From a virus (Duplodnaviria; Caudoviricetes): 64,000 nt of DNA. The notes beneath the pieces are model-generated. The model searched no databases. It saw nothing but the letters and a program-made list of their open reading frames with translations, and was not told the origin of the DNA. The position numbers and the translations under genes were made by a program. Each line of letters starts with the position of its first letter. Within the stretch, counting starts at the first letter, position 1. This document shows positions 30,946 to 40,235 of the stretch, piece by piece. The stretch lies in IMG/VR virus record IMGVR_UViG_3300047576_000104, positions 36,989-100,988 of that record; one strand, written 5' to 3'.

Positions 30946-32721
30946 ATGACGGATGGTCGTGATGACGAGGTTGTCGATGTAGTAGCACTGTCATCACGGG
31001 TCACTTCGGCCCCCGCCTTCAATCTCCCTCCGCCTGGCGGTGGCTACGGAGCCAGTCCTCCGGGCGGGATGGGCATTTCACCGCAGGGGTACGGCCAGGA
31101 GGGTTATGTCCTGGACGATGCGGCTGGGGAGGTACAGCCCAGGCCGCGTCCGGATGAGTTCTCGTTCGCTTCAGGCGTTCCGTTCTATTTCCCGTTCTCC
31201 ACGCCGTATCGGGACAGCTGGGAGATATTCCGCGATGATCCTGTCAGTTTGCGCCAGCTACAGGCCATGCGCAGGCAGGATGGCCAGGCCAGGGCGCTGT
31301 ACCGGCTTGTCACGATGCCGATCCTGGCCGCGCTCAAGACAGCTGTTATCACTCCGCCTGAGCAGTACGAGCCTGCAGGCGGTGCTGCTGTCACCCCTCC
31401 CGGCCAGCCAGGTCCCGATGACGCCAGCGAGGAGACCGAGTACGTCCATAACCTGTACTTCCTGCCGAAGTCCCAGGGGGGAATGACTCACACCTTCGAG
31501 CACTTTATCCGGCGCTGCCTGCTGGCTACGTTTGACGGGTTCAGCGGCTTCGAGATGATTGTCTGGGTGCCGAAAACCGGTCCCAATAAAGGCAAGATAA
31601 CTCTCCGGAAGATAGATAAGCGACCCACTGATACATTGACCTTCCTGCTCAATAATCAGGGTGAATTCAATGGCTTCAGGCAGCGTACGTTTTTTGAGGG
31701 CCGCACGATTGACGTTAAGATCCCCAAGGAGCGTGCGTTTTATTTCGCTAACAGCGAGGAAGAGCGTCCTTTTTACGGTGTCTCGCTATTCGAAGCGGCT
31801 TTCTACCATTACGATAAGAAGACCAAGCTTTACTTCATCACGCACCTGGCTGCGCAACGGGCTGCTGTCGGTACCAGGATCGGCACTATGCCTCCCAACC
31901 CGGCGGCAACTGACAAGAATAACTTTGTCAAGGCTGTGCGGGATCTTGGCATGACGCAGTACATTGTCGTGCCGTCCGAGGACTGGACTGTCACCTCTTT
32001 GAACGAGACGCAGGGCGCATCGTTCGATTTTCTTGGCCTGATCAATCATCATAATAGCCAGATGTCCAAGTCGGTGCTGGCTGCCTGGTTCGATGATGAT
32101 ACCGGCAAGGGCAAGAGCGAGTCGACTTTGGTTGATTTCGGGACGCAGAATGATGAGACTTTCATGATGATGGAAGTGGCCATCATGGATGACATTTCCT
32201 CTAAAATAAATAACGACATCACTCCTCGCTTCATTGACTGGAATTTTGGCACTGGGAGGTACCCGCAGTTCCGGTTCGGCACGCTGACCGAGGAGCAGCA
32301 GTCTGCGATCCAGGACATCTTCGAGAAGATCTCTGCGGCCCCTCCTGGCACCATCAGCCCTGAGTTCGTGCTGGCCTTGGAGAAGAAGATGGCCAAGATC
32401 TGCGGCTTGGAGATCGACTACGCTCCGATCGAGGCAGACGCGGCCACGGACAATGACCTGAAGCAGCAGGCCAGCCGGGCGATGCTGAAGTACCAGGCGG
32501 CACATCCAGAGGGGCCGCCTCCTGCTGCGCCGAAGCCTGCTGCGCCGACTGCCGGCAAGTCGGCCGGTTCGTCGGCAGGTAAATCATCCAGCTCGTCCTC
32601 TTCGTCGTCCGCAAAGCTGAGCGCGAGAGATACGGCCATGGTCGGGCTTGTGGGGGATGTGCTGGTGGACGTGATGCGGGAGCGGGTAGGAGAGGCGCGA
32701 GCGGAGGAGCTTGATGAGTGA
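30946..32721 (+). CDS. Portal protein (DUF935/Mu gp29-like)
   Basis: Follows terL; DGFSGFE, PFYGVSLFEAAFYH, INHHNSQMSKSVL, PRFIDWNF...YPQFRF. Confidence 0.85.
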   Translation: MTDGRDDEVVDVVALSSRVTSAPAFNLPPPGGGYGASPPGGMGISPQGYGQEGYVLDDAAGEVQPRPRPDEFSFASGVPFYFPFSTPYRDSWEIFRDDPVSLRQLQAMRRQDGQARALYRLVTMPILAALKTAVITPPEQYEPAGGAAVTPPGQPGPDDASEETEYVHNLYFLPKSQGGMTHTFEHFIRRCLLATFDGFSGFEMIVWVPKTGPNKGKITLRKIDKRPTDTLTFLLNNQGEFNGFRQRTFFEGRTIDVKIPKERAFYFANSEEERPFYGVSLFEAAFYHYDKKTKLYFITHLAAQRAAVGTRIGTMPPNPAATDKNNFVKAVRDLGMTQYIVVPSEDWTVTSLNETQGASFDFLGLINHHNSQMSKSVLAAWFDDDTGKGKSESTLVDFGTQNDETFMMMEVAIMDDISSKINNDITPRFIDWNFGTGRYPQFRFGTLTEEQQSAIQDIFEKISAAPPGTISPEFVLALEKKMAKICGLEIDYAPIEADAATDNDLKQQASRAMLKYQAAHPEGPPPAAPKPAAPTAGKSAGSSAGKSSSSSSSSSAKLSARDTAMVGLVGDVLVDVMRERVGEARAEELDE

Positions 32722-32884
32722 GTATTGCAGTTCCGGGTGCGAACGGCCGGAAGAGATTCCGTATCCACTCCTAGCTCGCATGTTCTGGTCCGCGTGGTTC
32801 TGGCTCCGCTGGCCTTATGACGCTCACCTGCTGAAGAAGGCAGGCTTCATGCGCAAGGGCTGGAAGCACTGGGAGGCATCGTGA
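32714..32884 (+). CDS. Small Trp-rich protein
   Basis: MSEYCSSGC...WKHWEAS*, GGAGG RBS. Confidence 0.4.
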   Translation: MSEYCSSGCERPEEIPYPLLARMFWSAWFWLRWPYDAHLLKKAGFMRKGWKHWEAS

Positions 32885-33042
32885 GCGAGTCGCTAGCGCA
32901 GCAGTTGTACGAGGCGCTCGGGGATTCGGTAGGCTGGCGAGATCACCAGGGATACCACATGCCTCCATGGGAATCACTGCCCCTGGAGATTCAGAACGGC
33001 TGGGGTGAGGTAGGCCGCAAGGCAGCGGAGATGCTGCTTTGA
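32881..33042 (+). CDS. Small hypothetical protein
   Basis: VSESLAQQLYEA...MPPWESLP; coupled both sides. Confidence 0.45.
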   Translation: MSESLAQQLYEALGDSVGWRDHQGYHMPPWESLPLEIQNGWGEVGRKAAEMLL

Positions 33043-33875
33043 AGCTTCAGTCTGATGTCGCTGACAAGTTCGCTCCCTGGATCGAGCTGCTGTCCGTGGC
33101 ACTCAAGGACAGTCATCCGCTCAGCGATATCTACGATATTCTTGCCAGTCCTGACTCGACACGCTTGCTTGAGAGAGCTGTGACAGAGGCACAGGGCTTG
33201 GCTGAGGCTGCTCTCGATAAAGCCTGGCCGCCTGATTCGTCTCCCTACCGTGCCAGCCTGGCAGAGGACATTGCCAGGGCGTACGCCACGGCAGCGGCTG
33301 ACCTGCGAGCGGCGGCCATCACTGGTTTCCGTCTCAAGCCCCAGCAGGCAGTTCGCAAGGTAACGCTGGCTGTCTGGAAGCTGGCTCTGCGCAATGAGCT
33401 GACCGTGGTCGTGGCGGAGACCAGGCAGCGGGGGGAGAAGATGCTTGATGAGGCTGAGCACATCGGCCCTGACTGGCTGAAGAAGTGGGTGTGCCGGAAG
33501 CTGCCCAACGGCCAGCCTGATCACCGGGTGTGCGGCTGGTGCCGGCGGCTGGATGCAGCGCCTCCCATTGAGATCTGGCAGGAGTTCTCGCTGGGAGGAT
33601 CCATCAACGGACGGAAGCCTCCCCGGATCTACCGTGACCTCAAGTGTCCCCCCGGACACCCACGTTGCAGATGCACCCTTGTTCTGGTGCGGACATGGCC
33701 TAGTGAGGGCCCTGTTCTGGTATCTTCAGAGACAGCCCCGTCTCTCTTCATCTCGGCTCAGGACATCCGGGACATGCGCGCGGGCAGGTATCGTGCTTTG
33801 ACGGATTTTCACCGGGCAGCTCTGCATGAGCTGGGTCAGGTTATTACCAAGTACCACAGAGTGGGGAAGCCATGA
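33039..33875 (+). CDS. MuF-like minor head protein
   Basis: KKWVC...RVCGWCRRLD...PPGHPRCRC. Confidence 0.7.
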   Translation: MKLQSDVADKFAPWIELLSVALKDSHPLSDIYDILASPDSTRLLERAVTEAQGLAEAALDKAWPPDSSPYRASLAEDIARAYATAAADLRAAAITGFRLKPQQAVRKVTLAVWKLALRNELTVVVAETRQRGEKMLDEAEHIGPDWLKKWVCRKLPNGQPDHRVCGWCRRLDAAPPIEIWQEFSLGGSINGRKPPRIYRDLKCPPGHPRCRCTLVLVRTWPSEGPVLVSSETAPSLFISAQDIRDMRAGRYRALTDFHRAALHELGQVITKYHRVGKP

Positions 33876-34108
33876 GTGAGAAGTTCAAGCGCCGTGAGAT
33901 CGCGATCAGGCGCGTGGAGTGGGCGGTTAAGCCTCCTGACCCTGAGGCTGAGGGCGACGATTACGATCGTTACGAGACTGATCGTCTTGCTGTGATGAAC
34001 CTGATCAAGGAGGAGTGTGGCAGTGCTACTCCGCATGACCTGCGGGTGATCGAGCAGCCTGACGAGACCATCATCAGTTATGAGATCAAGCGCGTAGTCC
34101 TGAAGTGA
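33872..34108 (+). CDS. Hypothetical protein
   Basis: Coupled ORF. Confidence 0.5.
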   Translation: MSEKFKRREIAIRRVEWAVKPPDPEAEGDDYDRYETDRLAVMNLIKEECGSATPHDLRVIEQPDETIISYEIKRVVLK

Positions 34109-35470
34109 TTAAGCCTGTTTACGCCGACGAGGACTTCGTTCTGTTTCATGAGAACTGCCGCAAGGTGCTTCCTATGCTGGCCGACGACAGCATCGACTCG
34201 ATAGTCTGTGATCCTCCGTATGAGCTGACCGCTGGAAAGAAAGGCGGAACCGGAGAGGCATCCCTTAATTTGAACTCGCCCGCAGGCCGGTCCCGTATCA
34301 GCACGGGTGGTGGCTTCATGGGTCAGCAATGGGATGCGACCGGAGTGGCGTTTGATCCTGCTACCTGGAAGGAATGCCTGCGCGTCCTGAAGCCAGGAGG
34401 TCATCTCGTAGCCTTCGGAGGCACCCGTACCTACCATCGCATGGCGTGCGCTATCGAGGACGCCGGATTCGAGGTGAGGGACTCACTCCACTGGCTGTAC
34501 GGCAGCGGATTTCCTAAAGGGCTAGATGTTAGTAAGGCTATCGACAAGGCGGCCGGGGCGGAGCGCGAGGTAGTTGGAAAAGAACATAGGGCCTCAGGTA
34601 ATGCTGTATACGATAAGCGGCCTTCTCGTCCTGATGGTTTGTATGCTTCGGATGATTACAATCTCACGGCTCCAGCTACTGATGAGGCGAAGCAGTGGTC
34701 CGGATGGAACGTAGCGCTCAAGCCAGCCCATGAGCCCATCATCCTCGCCCGCAAGCCCCTGTCGGAGAAGACCGTAGCCGCCAACGTCCTCAAGCACGGC
34801 ACCGGGGCCATGAACGTCGACGCCTGCCGGGTTGGCAGTGCAGACAAGCTGGTACGTCCTTTCATCCAGAGGGATGACAATGAGGTGTTCGGTAAGGGTC
34901 TTGGCGCGGGAGTTCAGGAAGAGCCTTCTGGCCGCTGGCCTCCTAACATCCTGCTCACCCACTCCGCTGACTGTGTTCCGATCGGCACGCAGAAGGTCCG
35001 CAACTCCAGCGGCAGCATCAAGGGCGATGAGCCAAGCGCGGTGACGGATGCTGTGTACGCGGAGCGGGAGCGGGTGCCCTGGCAGGCGCACGGGAGACGC
35101 TGACGGCATGGAGACGGTGGAGAAGTGGGAGTGTGCTGAGGACTGCCCGGTAGCGGGGATGGACGGTCAGTCTGGCATCAGCAAGAGTACGGTAGGCAAG
35201 CCTCGCAAGTCAGCTGCTCCAGGCGAGGGGTATGGGATGACGCATACTGGGGCTGAGCATGCAGACTCCGGTGGGGCGTCCAGGTTCTTTCCAACGTTCA
35301 GCTGGTCACCGGAGTACGACCTGCCTTTCTTTTACTGCGCTAAGGCTCCGAAGAAGGAACGCCCCAAGGTAGCAGCGAAGGTTATGCGATTGCGGGATGG
35401 TCTGACTGATGAGCAGCGTGTTTATGTTCTGGATGAACTTAGGAAGGCTGGCGTGAAAGACATTGTCTGA
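34105..35470 (+). CDS. N4/N6 DNA methyltransferase, N-terminal part (frameshift near 35095)
   Basis: SIDSIVCDPPY, RVLKPGGH, WLYGSGFPK, LKPAHEPIILARKP, GRWPPN, GGASRFF...FFYCAKAPKKERP. Confidence 0.88.
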
Positions 35471-36185
35471 TTCTTGCTGCGCAGCCTTCAGGGTTTGTCT
35501 TCAGGTCCGACTCCCAGATCCGTATGACCTGCCAGTCGCAGGCATGGATGTAGGCGTCTTGCGATTGGTCGAGTGCAACGCGGCGGAGGATTCGATCTTC
35601 TGCGCTGGTGCCCTTGCGGTCGTGCCAGTAGTCCCCGTCGAACTGGATGACCAGTTTGGAGGTTGGTACTGTGGCGTCAGGCGTGAACTTGCCATTGAAC
35701 AGGGTTTGACGTTCGTACGTGATGCTGAGACTGTCAAGCAGGGCGTAGCCTGTCGCTTCAAGGTTTGTCATGCGTCCTGTTTGTTGAAGGGCGTTCATAG
35801 CCAGAAGTCGGGCTTGCACTTCTGGATCGGCATCGCGGCAGGTGAGCGAGCAGTAGATGCGAGGCTGGCTTGTCGAGTGTTTGAACTCCTTGCTACAGGT
35901 CTTGCATACATCTTCGGTCTTGTTTCGGCCTTGCCAGGTGTTAGCGCAGTCTTGCGAGCAGAATCTTGTTGCAAGAAGCTCGGTACGACTCTTAATCACG
36001 TAAAACTCTGTACTGCATTGCGCACACAGGTATGTAGTTCCGGTTCGTCGCTGTGGTCGCTTGTGGTTTCGGTAGCAGTCCAGCGAGCAGTAGTGCTGGT
36101 TCGGTCTTGTGTGTTGGGTAACTGTCGTTCCGCAGCCATCGCAGATGAATGTACGTATCCTGTATCCTGCCGAACCTTTAACCAT
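35439..36185 (-). CDS. Antisense endonuclease: three Zn-finger repeats + DUF559/Vsr-like domain
   Basis: Repeated CxxC...YCSxxC; MTNLE...YERQ...FTPDA...IQFDGDYWH...QDAY...VIRIWESD. Confidence 0.85.
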   Translation of the reverse strand: MVKGSAGYRIRTFICDGCGTTVTQHTRPNQHYCSLDCYRNHKRPQRRTGTTYLCAQCSTEFYVIKSRTELLATRFCSQDCANTWQGRNKTEDVCKTCSKEFKHSTSQPRIYCSLTCRDADPEVQARLLAMNALQQTGRMTNLEATGYALLDSLSITYERQTLFNGKFTPDATVPTSKLVIQFDGDYWHDRKGTSAEDRILRRVALDQSQDAYIHACDWQVIRIWESDLKTNPEGCAARIRQCLSRQPS

Positions 36186-36232
36186 AACTCTTATCCTACT
36201 ACAACAGCAGGACCGTTTGGGGTGATAGGCTA

Positions 36233-36642
36233 GTGCGTGATCTGAAGCCAGAGGAGGTTCCAGCACATCTGCTGGAGTACTTCGAGGGGGTGAGGCCGAG
36301 TGGCGGTGGGGAAGTTTCCCACCCCACTTTAAAGCCGTGAAGCCTTTGACGCTGATGCGCTGGCTGGTGAGGCTGGTTTCTCCACCAGGTTCGGTCGTTC
36401 TGGATTTGTTTGCTGGAACAGGCACTACACTTCAGGCAGCCAGGGCGGAGGGCTTCCAGTCGATCGGCATCGACTCCTGGGCAGACGCTATCGCGCAGGC
36501 TTGCGCACGACTGGGGATTGAGGTGGAGCATGATGGAGACACTGAAGGAACCGGAGACGCAGACCCTGAGGTACCGGGCGGTGATGAGGCTGGCGTACAG
36601 CGTGGCCCTTCTGGAGCTGATGGAGTACGCGAGGGAGAGTAA
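36233..36642 (+). CDS. N4/N6 DNA methyltransferase, C-terminal part (SAM-binding); frame break at 36329-36337
   Basis: HPT/VKPLTLMRWLVRLVSPPGSVVLDLFAGTGTT...IGID. Confidence 0.85.
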
Positions 36643-36772
36643 GGCCAGTTTCGAGTTCGGGCCGATGAACCTGGATGCCCTGGAGAACCAGGGCCTGGTC
36701 ATCAGCGGGGACGTTGCCGGGGCCGCTAAGGTACTAGCAGGGGTAGAGGGTCTCTTCCTGTCGGAGGATTGA
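36532..36772 (+). CDS. Hypothetical protein
   Basis: ORF with GGAG RBS, coupled to next gene. Confidence 0.4.
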
Positions 36773-37344
36773 TGAGCAACATTCCTGCGCTTGTCCAGCC
36801 GGCCGATTACTTCTGTGTTTTCGTTGGTACTGAGATATCAAGGCTGATCGCTCTTGGCGAATGGCTGAACGGTGACAAGTTCGCGCAGACTCTCGGCAAG
36901 GAGTTCTCGCACGCGGGCATGGCTGTTGCTGTTACCAAGGGACTTGACGGTCCTCTGGTGGATATCGTGGAGGCATGGCCGAGCGGGGTGCGCCGGCTGC
37001 CATGGCACTACGACGGCCTGGCGAACGTCACTCTCTGGTCTACTGGAGTGCTGGAGCCCAAGGACAGGGCCGCTACGGTGAACAAGGCCAACGCCATGGT
37101 CGGGGAGCCGTACGGGTGGCTGAACTACCCGGCGATCGGTCTCAGGAGACTGCATGTTCCGGCACCGCTGCTCGACTGGTACGTCAGCAGAGGGAAGTCA
37201 GTGATCTGCTCTCAAGTGGTGGACCTGTCGTGGCGGGCCGGAGGCACGGTGCTCCGGCCTGATCTGGCTCCCGGGTACGTTACTCCGCAGGAAGAGGCTG
37301 ATCTGCTGATGGATGCCGGAGCTGTGCCGCTGTCTGGGCAGTAG
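36769..37344 (+). CDS. Permuted papain-like (NlpC/P60, YiiX-type) amidase
   Basis: FSHAGM...IVEAWP...MVGEPYGW...VICSQVVD (His before Cys). Confidence 0.75.
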   Translation: MMSNIPALVQPADYFCVFVGTEISRLIALGEWLNGDKFAQTLGKEFSHAGMAVAVTKGLDGPLVDIVEAWPSGVRRLPWHYDGLANVTLWSTGVLEPKDRAATVNKANAMVGEPYGWLNYPAIGLRRLHVPAPLLDWYVSRGKSVICSQVVDLSWRAGGTVLRPDLAPGYVTPQEEADLLMDAGAVPLSGQ

Positions 37345-37346
37345 GC

Positions 37347-37353
37347 CCGATAG
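37347..37353 (+). promoter_or_regulatory. Late-promoter motif CCGATAG
   Basis: 8 nt before ATG 37362. Confidence 0.65.
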
Positions 37354-37361
37354 ATTTGTGT

Positions 37362-38486
37362 ATGGATGGTACCTTCATTGTTCCCTCGCCCACTGGCTCG
37401 CGGTGGACCGAGATGGATGCTGTGTCGCTCGAACTGGCACGGCAGACTCAAGGGCGTCTTTTTGAAAAACATATCCTCTCCACGGGTGACCTTATTCACC
37501 CCAAGACCGGCGAGAAGATCCATGTTGACGATGCGTTCCTCGGCAAGATGGTCACCAACTTCAATAACAATGTCTGCGACATCGTTCAGGTGCCATTGGC
37601 GAACGATGATAACAAGCACGTGGAGAACGCTGACGTCAACAAGGGTGAGGTTACCGAGCTGCGTGCACGTGGCGGCAAGCTGTATGCCGTGGTGGATGCT
37701 CGTGAGGACGCGCACAAGTTCGGCAAGACCTACCTCGGTGCGTCTGCCTTCATGTCCACCAACTACACCGATTCCCGTGACGGCAAGAAGAAGGGTCCGA
37801 CCCTGCTGCATGTCGCCATTACCAATCGTCCGTATGTCGTGGGCCTAGAGCCCTTCAAAGAGATCATCGCAGCTACCGCCACCTCCGATAGTGATGCGGA
37901 GATAGTGGTGCTGACCCAGCAGGAGGAAATCACCGTGCCAACGAAGGAAGAGCTGCTTGCTCAGCTGAAGGCAGAGCATGGCATCGACGTGGAGGCGCTT
38001 CAGGCGTCTGCGGCGGTCCCGCCTCCGGCATTGCAGGGCATTGACCCTGCCAGCCTGACCGCAGCTCTCACCGCCGCGCTTCAGGCCAACCCTTCGCTTC
38101 AGCTGTCTGCCAGCAACCCTGAGCAGATCACCCTGGAGGATGTGGTCGGCTCGGTCGTGGAGCTGAGCCACCAGAACAAGGTGCTGTCCGAGGGCTACAA
38201 CGGCATGCGCCAGGAGCGCGCAGCTGAAGTGGTGGATGCGCTGATCGGCGAGGGCTACATTTTCCCGAAGCAGCGGGCTTTCGCCATCAGGCTGAAGCTC
38301 ACCGGTTCTGCGGAGGACTGGACGGAGTTCGTGCCGGCCGACAAGGTTGTGCCGGTGAACGAGAGCGTCGGTTTCACCGCTCCGCGCGATGAGCAGGAGG
38401 TGCAGGCACAGGACGCTGAAATCCTGCGGCTGTCCGAGGTTTACACCAAGCACGTCGCCTCGTCCAGCAACGGGCGCCGGCACTAA
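37362..38486 (+). CDS. Prohead protease/scaffold (Mu I-like)
   Basis: YLGASAF...GPTLLHVAITNRPYVVGLEP; acidic helical C-terminal scaffold. Confidence 0.85.
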   Translation: MDGTFIVPSPTGSRWTEMDAVSLELARQTQGRLFEKHILSTGDLIHPKTGEKIHVDDAFLGKMVTNFNNNVCDIVQVPLANDDNKHVENADVNKGEVTELRARGGKLYAVVDAREDAHKFGKTYLGASAFMSTNYTDSRDGKKKGPTLLHVAITNRPYVVGLEPFKEIIAATATSDSDAEIVVLTQQEEITVPTKEELLAQLKAEHGIDVEALQASAAVPPPALQGIDPASLTAALTAALQANPSLQLSASNPEQITLEDVVGSVVELSHQNKVLSEGYNGMRQERAAEVVDALIGEGYIFPKQRAFAIRLKLTGSAEDWTEFVPADKVVPVNESVGFTAPRDEQEVQAQDAEILRLSEVYTKHVASSSNGRRH

Positions 38487-38584
38487 CAAGTACGGGGGCG
38501 CAGAGGCTAGCAGCCCGCCCGAACGTTTGAGGGAGAGAAGTCAGTGCCTAGCAGGGCAGCGCAGTACGGAAGGATGGCTCTCTA

Positions 38585-39199
38585 ATGGGCGCGCAGGACA
38601 GTTACCAGTTCGATCCAGTGCCGGGCATGGTCAAGCCGACGCACCAGTTCGGCCGCAGCTTCGGCGATGAGTTCCACGCTCCATCCGATGACGAGCTGCT
38701 CGCCAGCTACGCCGCGTTCACTCAGCGGGGCGTGACACTGGCCGGCGGTCAGGGCGTCCTGCCTACTGGCTGCGCGCTGGCGAACCACACTGCCTCGAAG
38801 CAGTACTTCGTGAACGATCAGCTAGCCACGGACGGGCGGCAGACCGTTCTCGGCCTGCTGCGTGACGCCAGGGATACGGGCGGCAACGGTTCCACCGGCC
38901 TGCCAGGGTACACCTTCTCCGGGCACACGCCTGTCTTCCCGGCCTCTCCGACTGGCAAGGTGGCAGCTCCCTGCCTGGGCAACCTGGTGATCCGTGGCAT
39001 CGTGAACCTCTCCATGGTGTCCGGCGGCGACTCGTATTCGCTGTTCGGCGGCGTGACCGGGTACGGCGGCGGCCAGCCTCCGGTGAATACCGGCGGGGGC
39101 ATCGGGTCGTACGCAGCCGGTTCTGCCGGTGTCGCGGCGGGCATCATCGCCCAGCTGAACGCGAGGATTGACCCAGTTGCTTTTGAGTTCATTTTTTGA
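38585..39199 (+). CDS. Head decoration protein
   Basis: Between protease and MCP; GVTLAGGQGVLPTG...LGLL motif. Confidence 0.7.
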   Translation: MGAQDSYQFDPVPGMVKPTHQFGRSFGDEFHAPSDDELLASYAAFTQRGVTLAGGQGVLPTGCALANHTASKQYFVNDQLATDGRQTVLGLLRDARDTGGNGSTGLPGYTFSGHTPVFPASPTGKVAAPCLGNLVIRGIVNLSMVSGGDSYSLFGGVTGYGGGQPPVNTGGGIGSYAAGSAGVAAGIIAQLNARIDPVAFEFIF

Positions 39200-39222
39200 T
39201 TGACAGTTGTCAACCTAGTACG

Positions 39223-39266
39223 AAGCTCCCGGCTTGGGCGTCACACCACGCAAGCCGGGAGCTTTT
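39223..39266 (+). terminator. Intrinsic terminator
   Basis: AAGCTCCCGGCTTG...CAAGCCGGGAGCTT + TT. Confidence 0.75.
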
Positions 39267-39360
39267 ACGTTGTTCAGCAGGTCTCGGGTTGTTTGGCGTG
39301 CTATACTTCTCTTGTATCGTCTAGAAGTGGCTGACTTTTATATTATTGCAGATGGGGATC

Positions 39361-40065
39361 ATGTCAAAGGGAAGACTGTCTGGAGCAGAGCCGCGCAAGT
39401 GCGATGTCTGTGGAAATGAGTTCATTCCATCCCGTAACAAGCAGTTCTTTTGCGGTAAGGACACCGGGCGCAGGTGCAAGGATACTCCTAAGGCTGCGAT
39501 GTTGACTGCTCAGCGTCGGATGGAGCAGTACGGTAACGAGGCTGTACTGCCTGATCGTATCTGCGAGAAGTGCAGGTGTTCTTATACTCCTCGGGCAGTA
39601 GATCAGCGGCTGTGTGGCCCTGGCTGTGCGGGCAGGCCAGACTACGATTTGCTGTGCGCTAATTTGGATTGCCTCCTGCCGGATCGTGTGTTTACGATCA
39701 AGGGAAGTAGCAGGGGTAAGGGCAATCAGCAGTACTGCTCTGAGAAGTGCCGCGATCATGTAGCTCGCATACGACAGGGCCAGAGGTTTCGTCGTTATGG
39801 CAACCTCTCCCGAGAGGAGTTTGTTGCTGAGGGAGAGCAGCGCTCGTGGGAGTGCGACATCTGCGGTAGTGTTCCTGAGCCTGATCAGCGTCGTCGGATG
39901 ACGGATGAACTTCCGTACCTTCAGATCGATCACAATCATGAGACTGGCGTACGTCGTGGCTTGCTTTGCGGAGAGTGCAACAAGGGTATTGGGATGTTCA
40001 AGGACGATGTGTCTAGACTCCGCGCAGCTGTTGCTTACCTTGAACTCTGGCAGGATGCTTTGTAG
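39361..40065 (+). CDS. Endonuclease VII-family endonuclease with Zn-finger repeats
   Basis: CDICG...IDHNHETGVRRGLLCGECNKGIGMFKDD. Confidence 0.88.
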   Translation: MSKGRLSGAEPRKCDVCGNEFIPSRNKQFFCGKDTGRRCKDTPKAAMLTAQRRMEQYGNEAVLPDRICEKCRCSYTPRAVDQRLCGPGCAGRPDYDLLCANLDCLLPDRVFTIKGSSRGKGNQQYCSEKCRDHVARIRQGQRFRRYGNLSREEFVAEGEQRSWECDICGSVPEPDQRRRMTDELPYLQIDHNHETGVRRGLLCGECNKGIGMFKDDVSRLRAAVAYLELWQDAL

Positions 40066-40079
40066 TAGATAGTTTTCGG

Positions 40080-40110
40080 AGAAGCCCTCACATATGTGAG
40101 GGCTTCTTTT
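40080..40110 (+). terminator. Perfect 28-bp palindrome + T tract (terminator)
   Basis: AGAAGCCCTCACATATGTGAGGGCTTCT TTT. Confidence 0.7.
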
Positions 40111-40117
40111 GGTTAAG

Positions 40118-40124
40118 CCGATAG
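40118..40124 (+). promoter_or_regulatory. Late-promoter motif CCGATAG (major capsid)
   Basis: Directly after terminator, ~110 nt before MCP ATG. Confidence 0.6.
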
Positions 40125-40235
40125 ATACATGCAACGTAGACCAGCCATGTGGCTTCTTAATGAGGCGGTGCAGGTCGGGCATTTCGGTGTCGCTGCTGAT
40201 GAGGGTAATGTATATCTCAACGAGTAGGAGTCGAG

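Noticed and set aside
35360-36320. Group I/II intron or intein explaining the MTase interruption
   Set aside because: Nearly all of the insert is the antisense ORF. The flanks are short and coding-like, with no intron core or intein blocks.
40185-40230. Hammerhead ribozyme in MCP leader (CTGATGAG)
   Set aside because: The required GAAA after stem II and stems I/III are absent.
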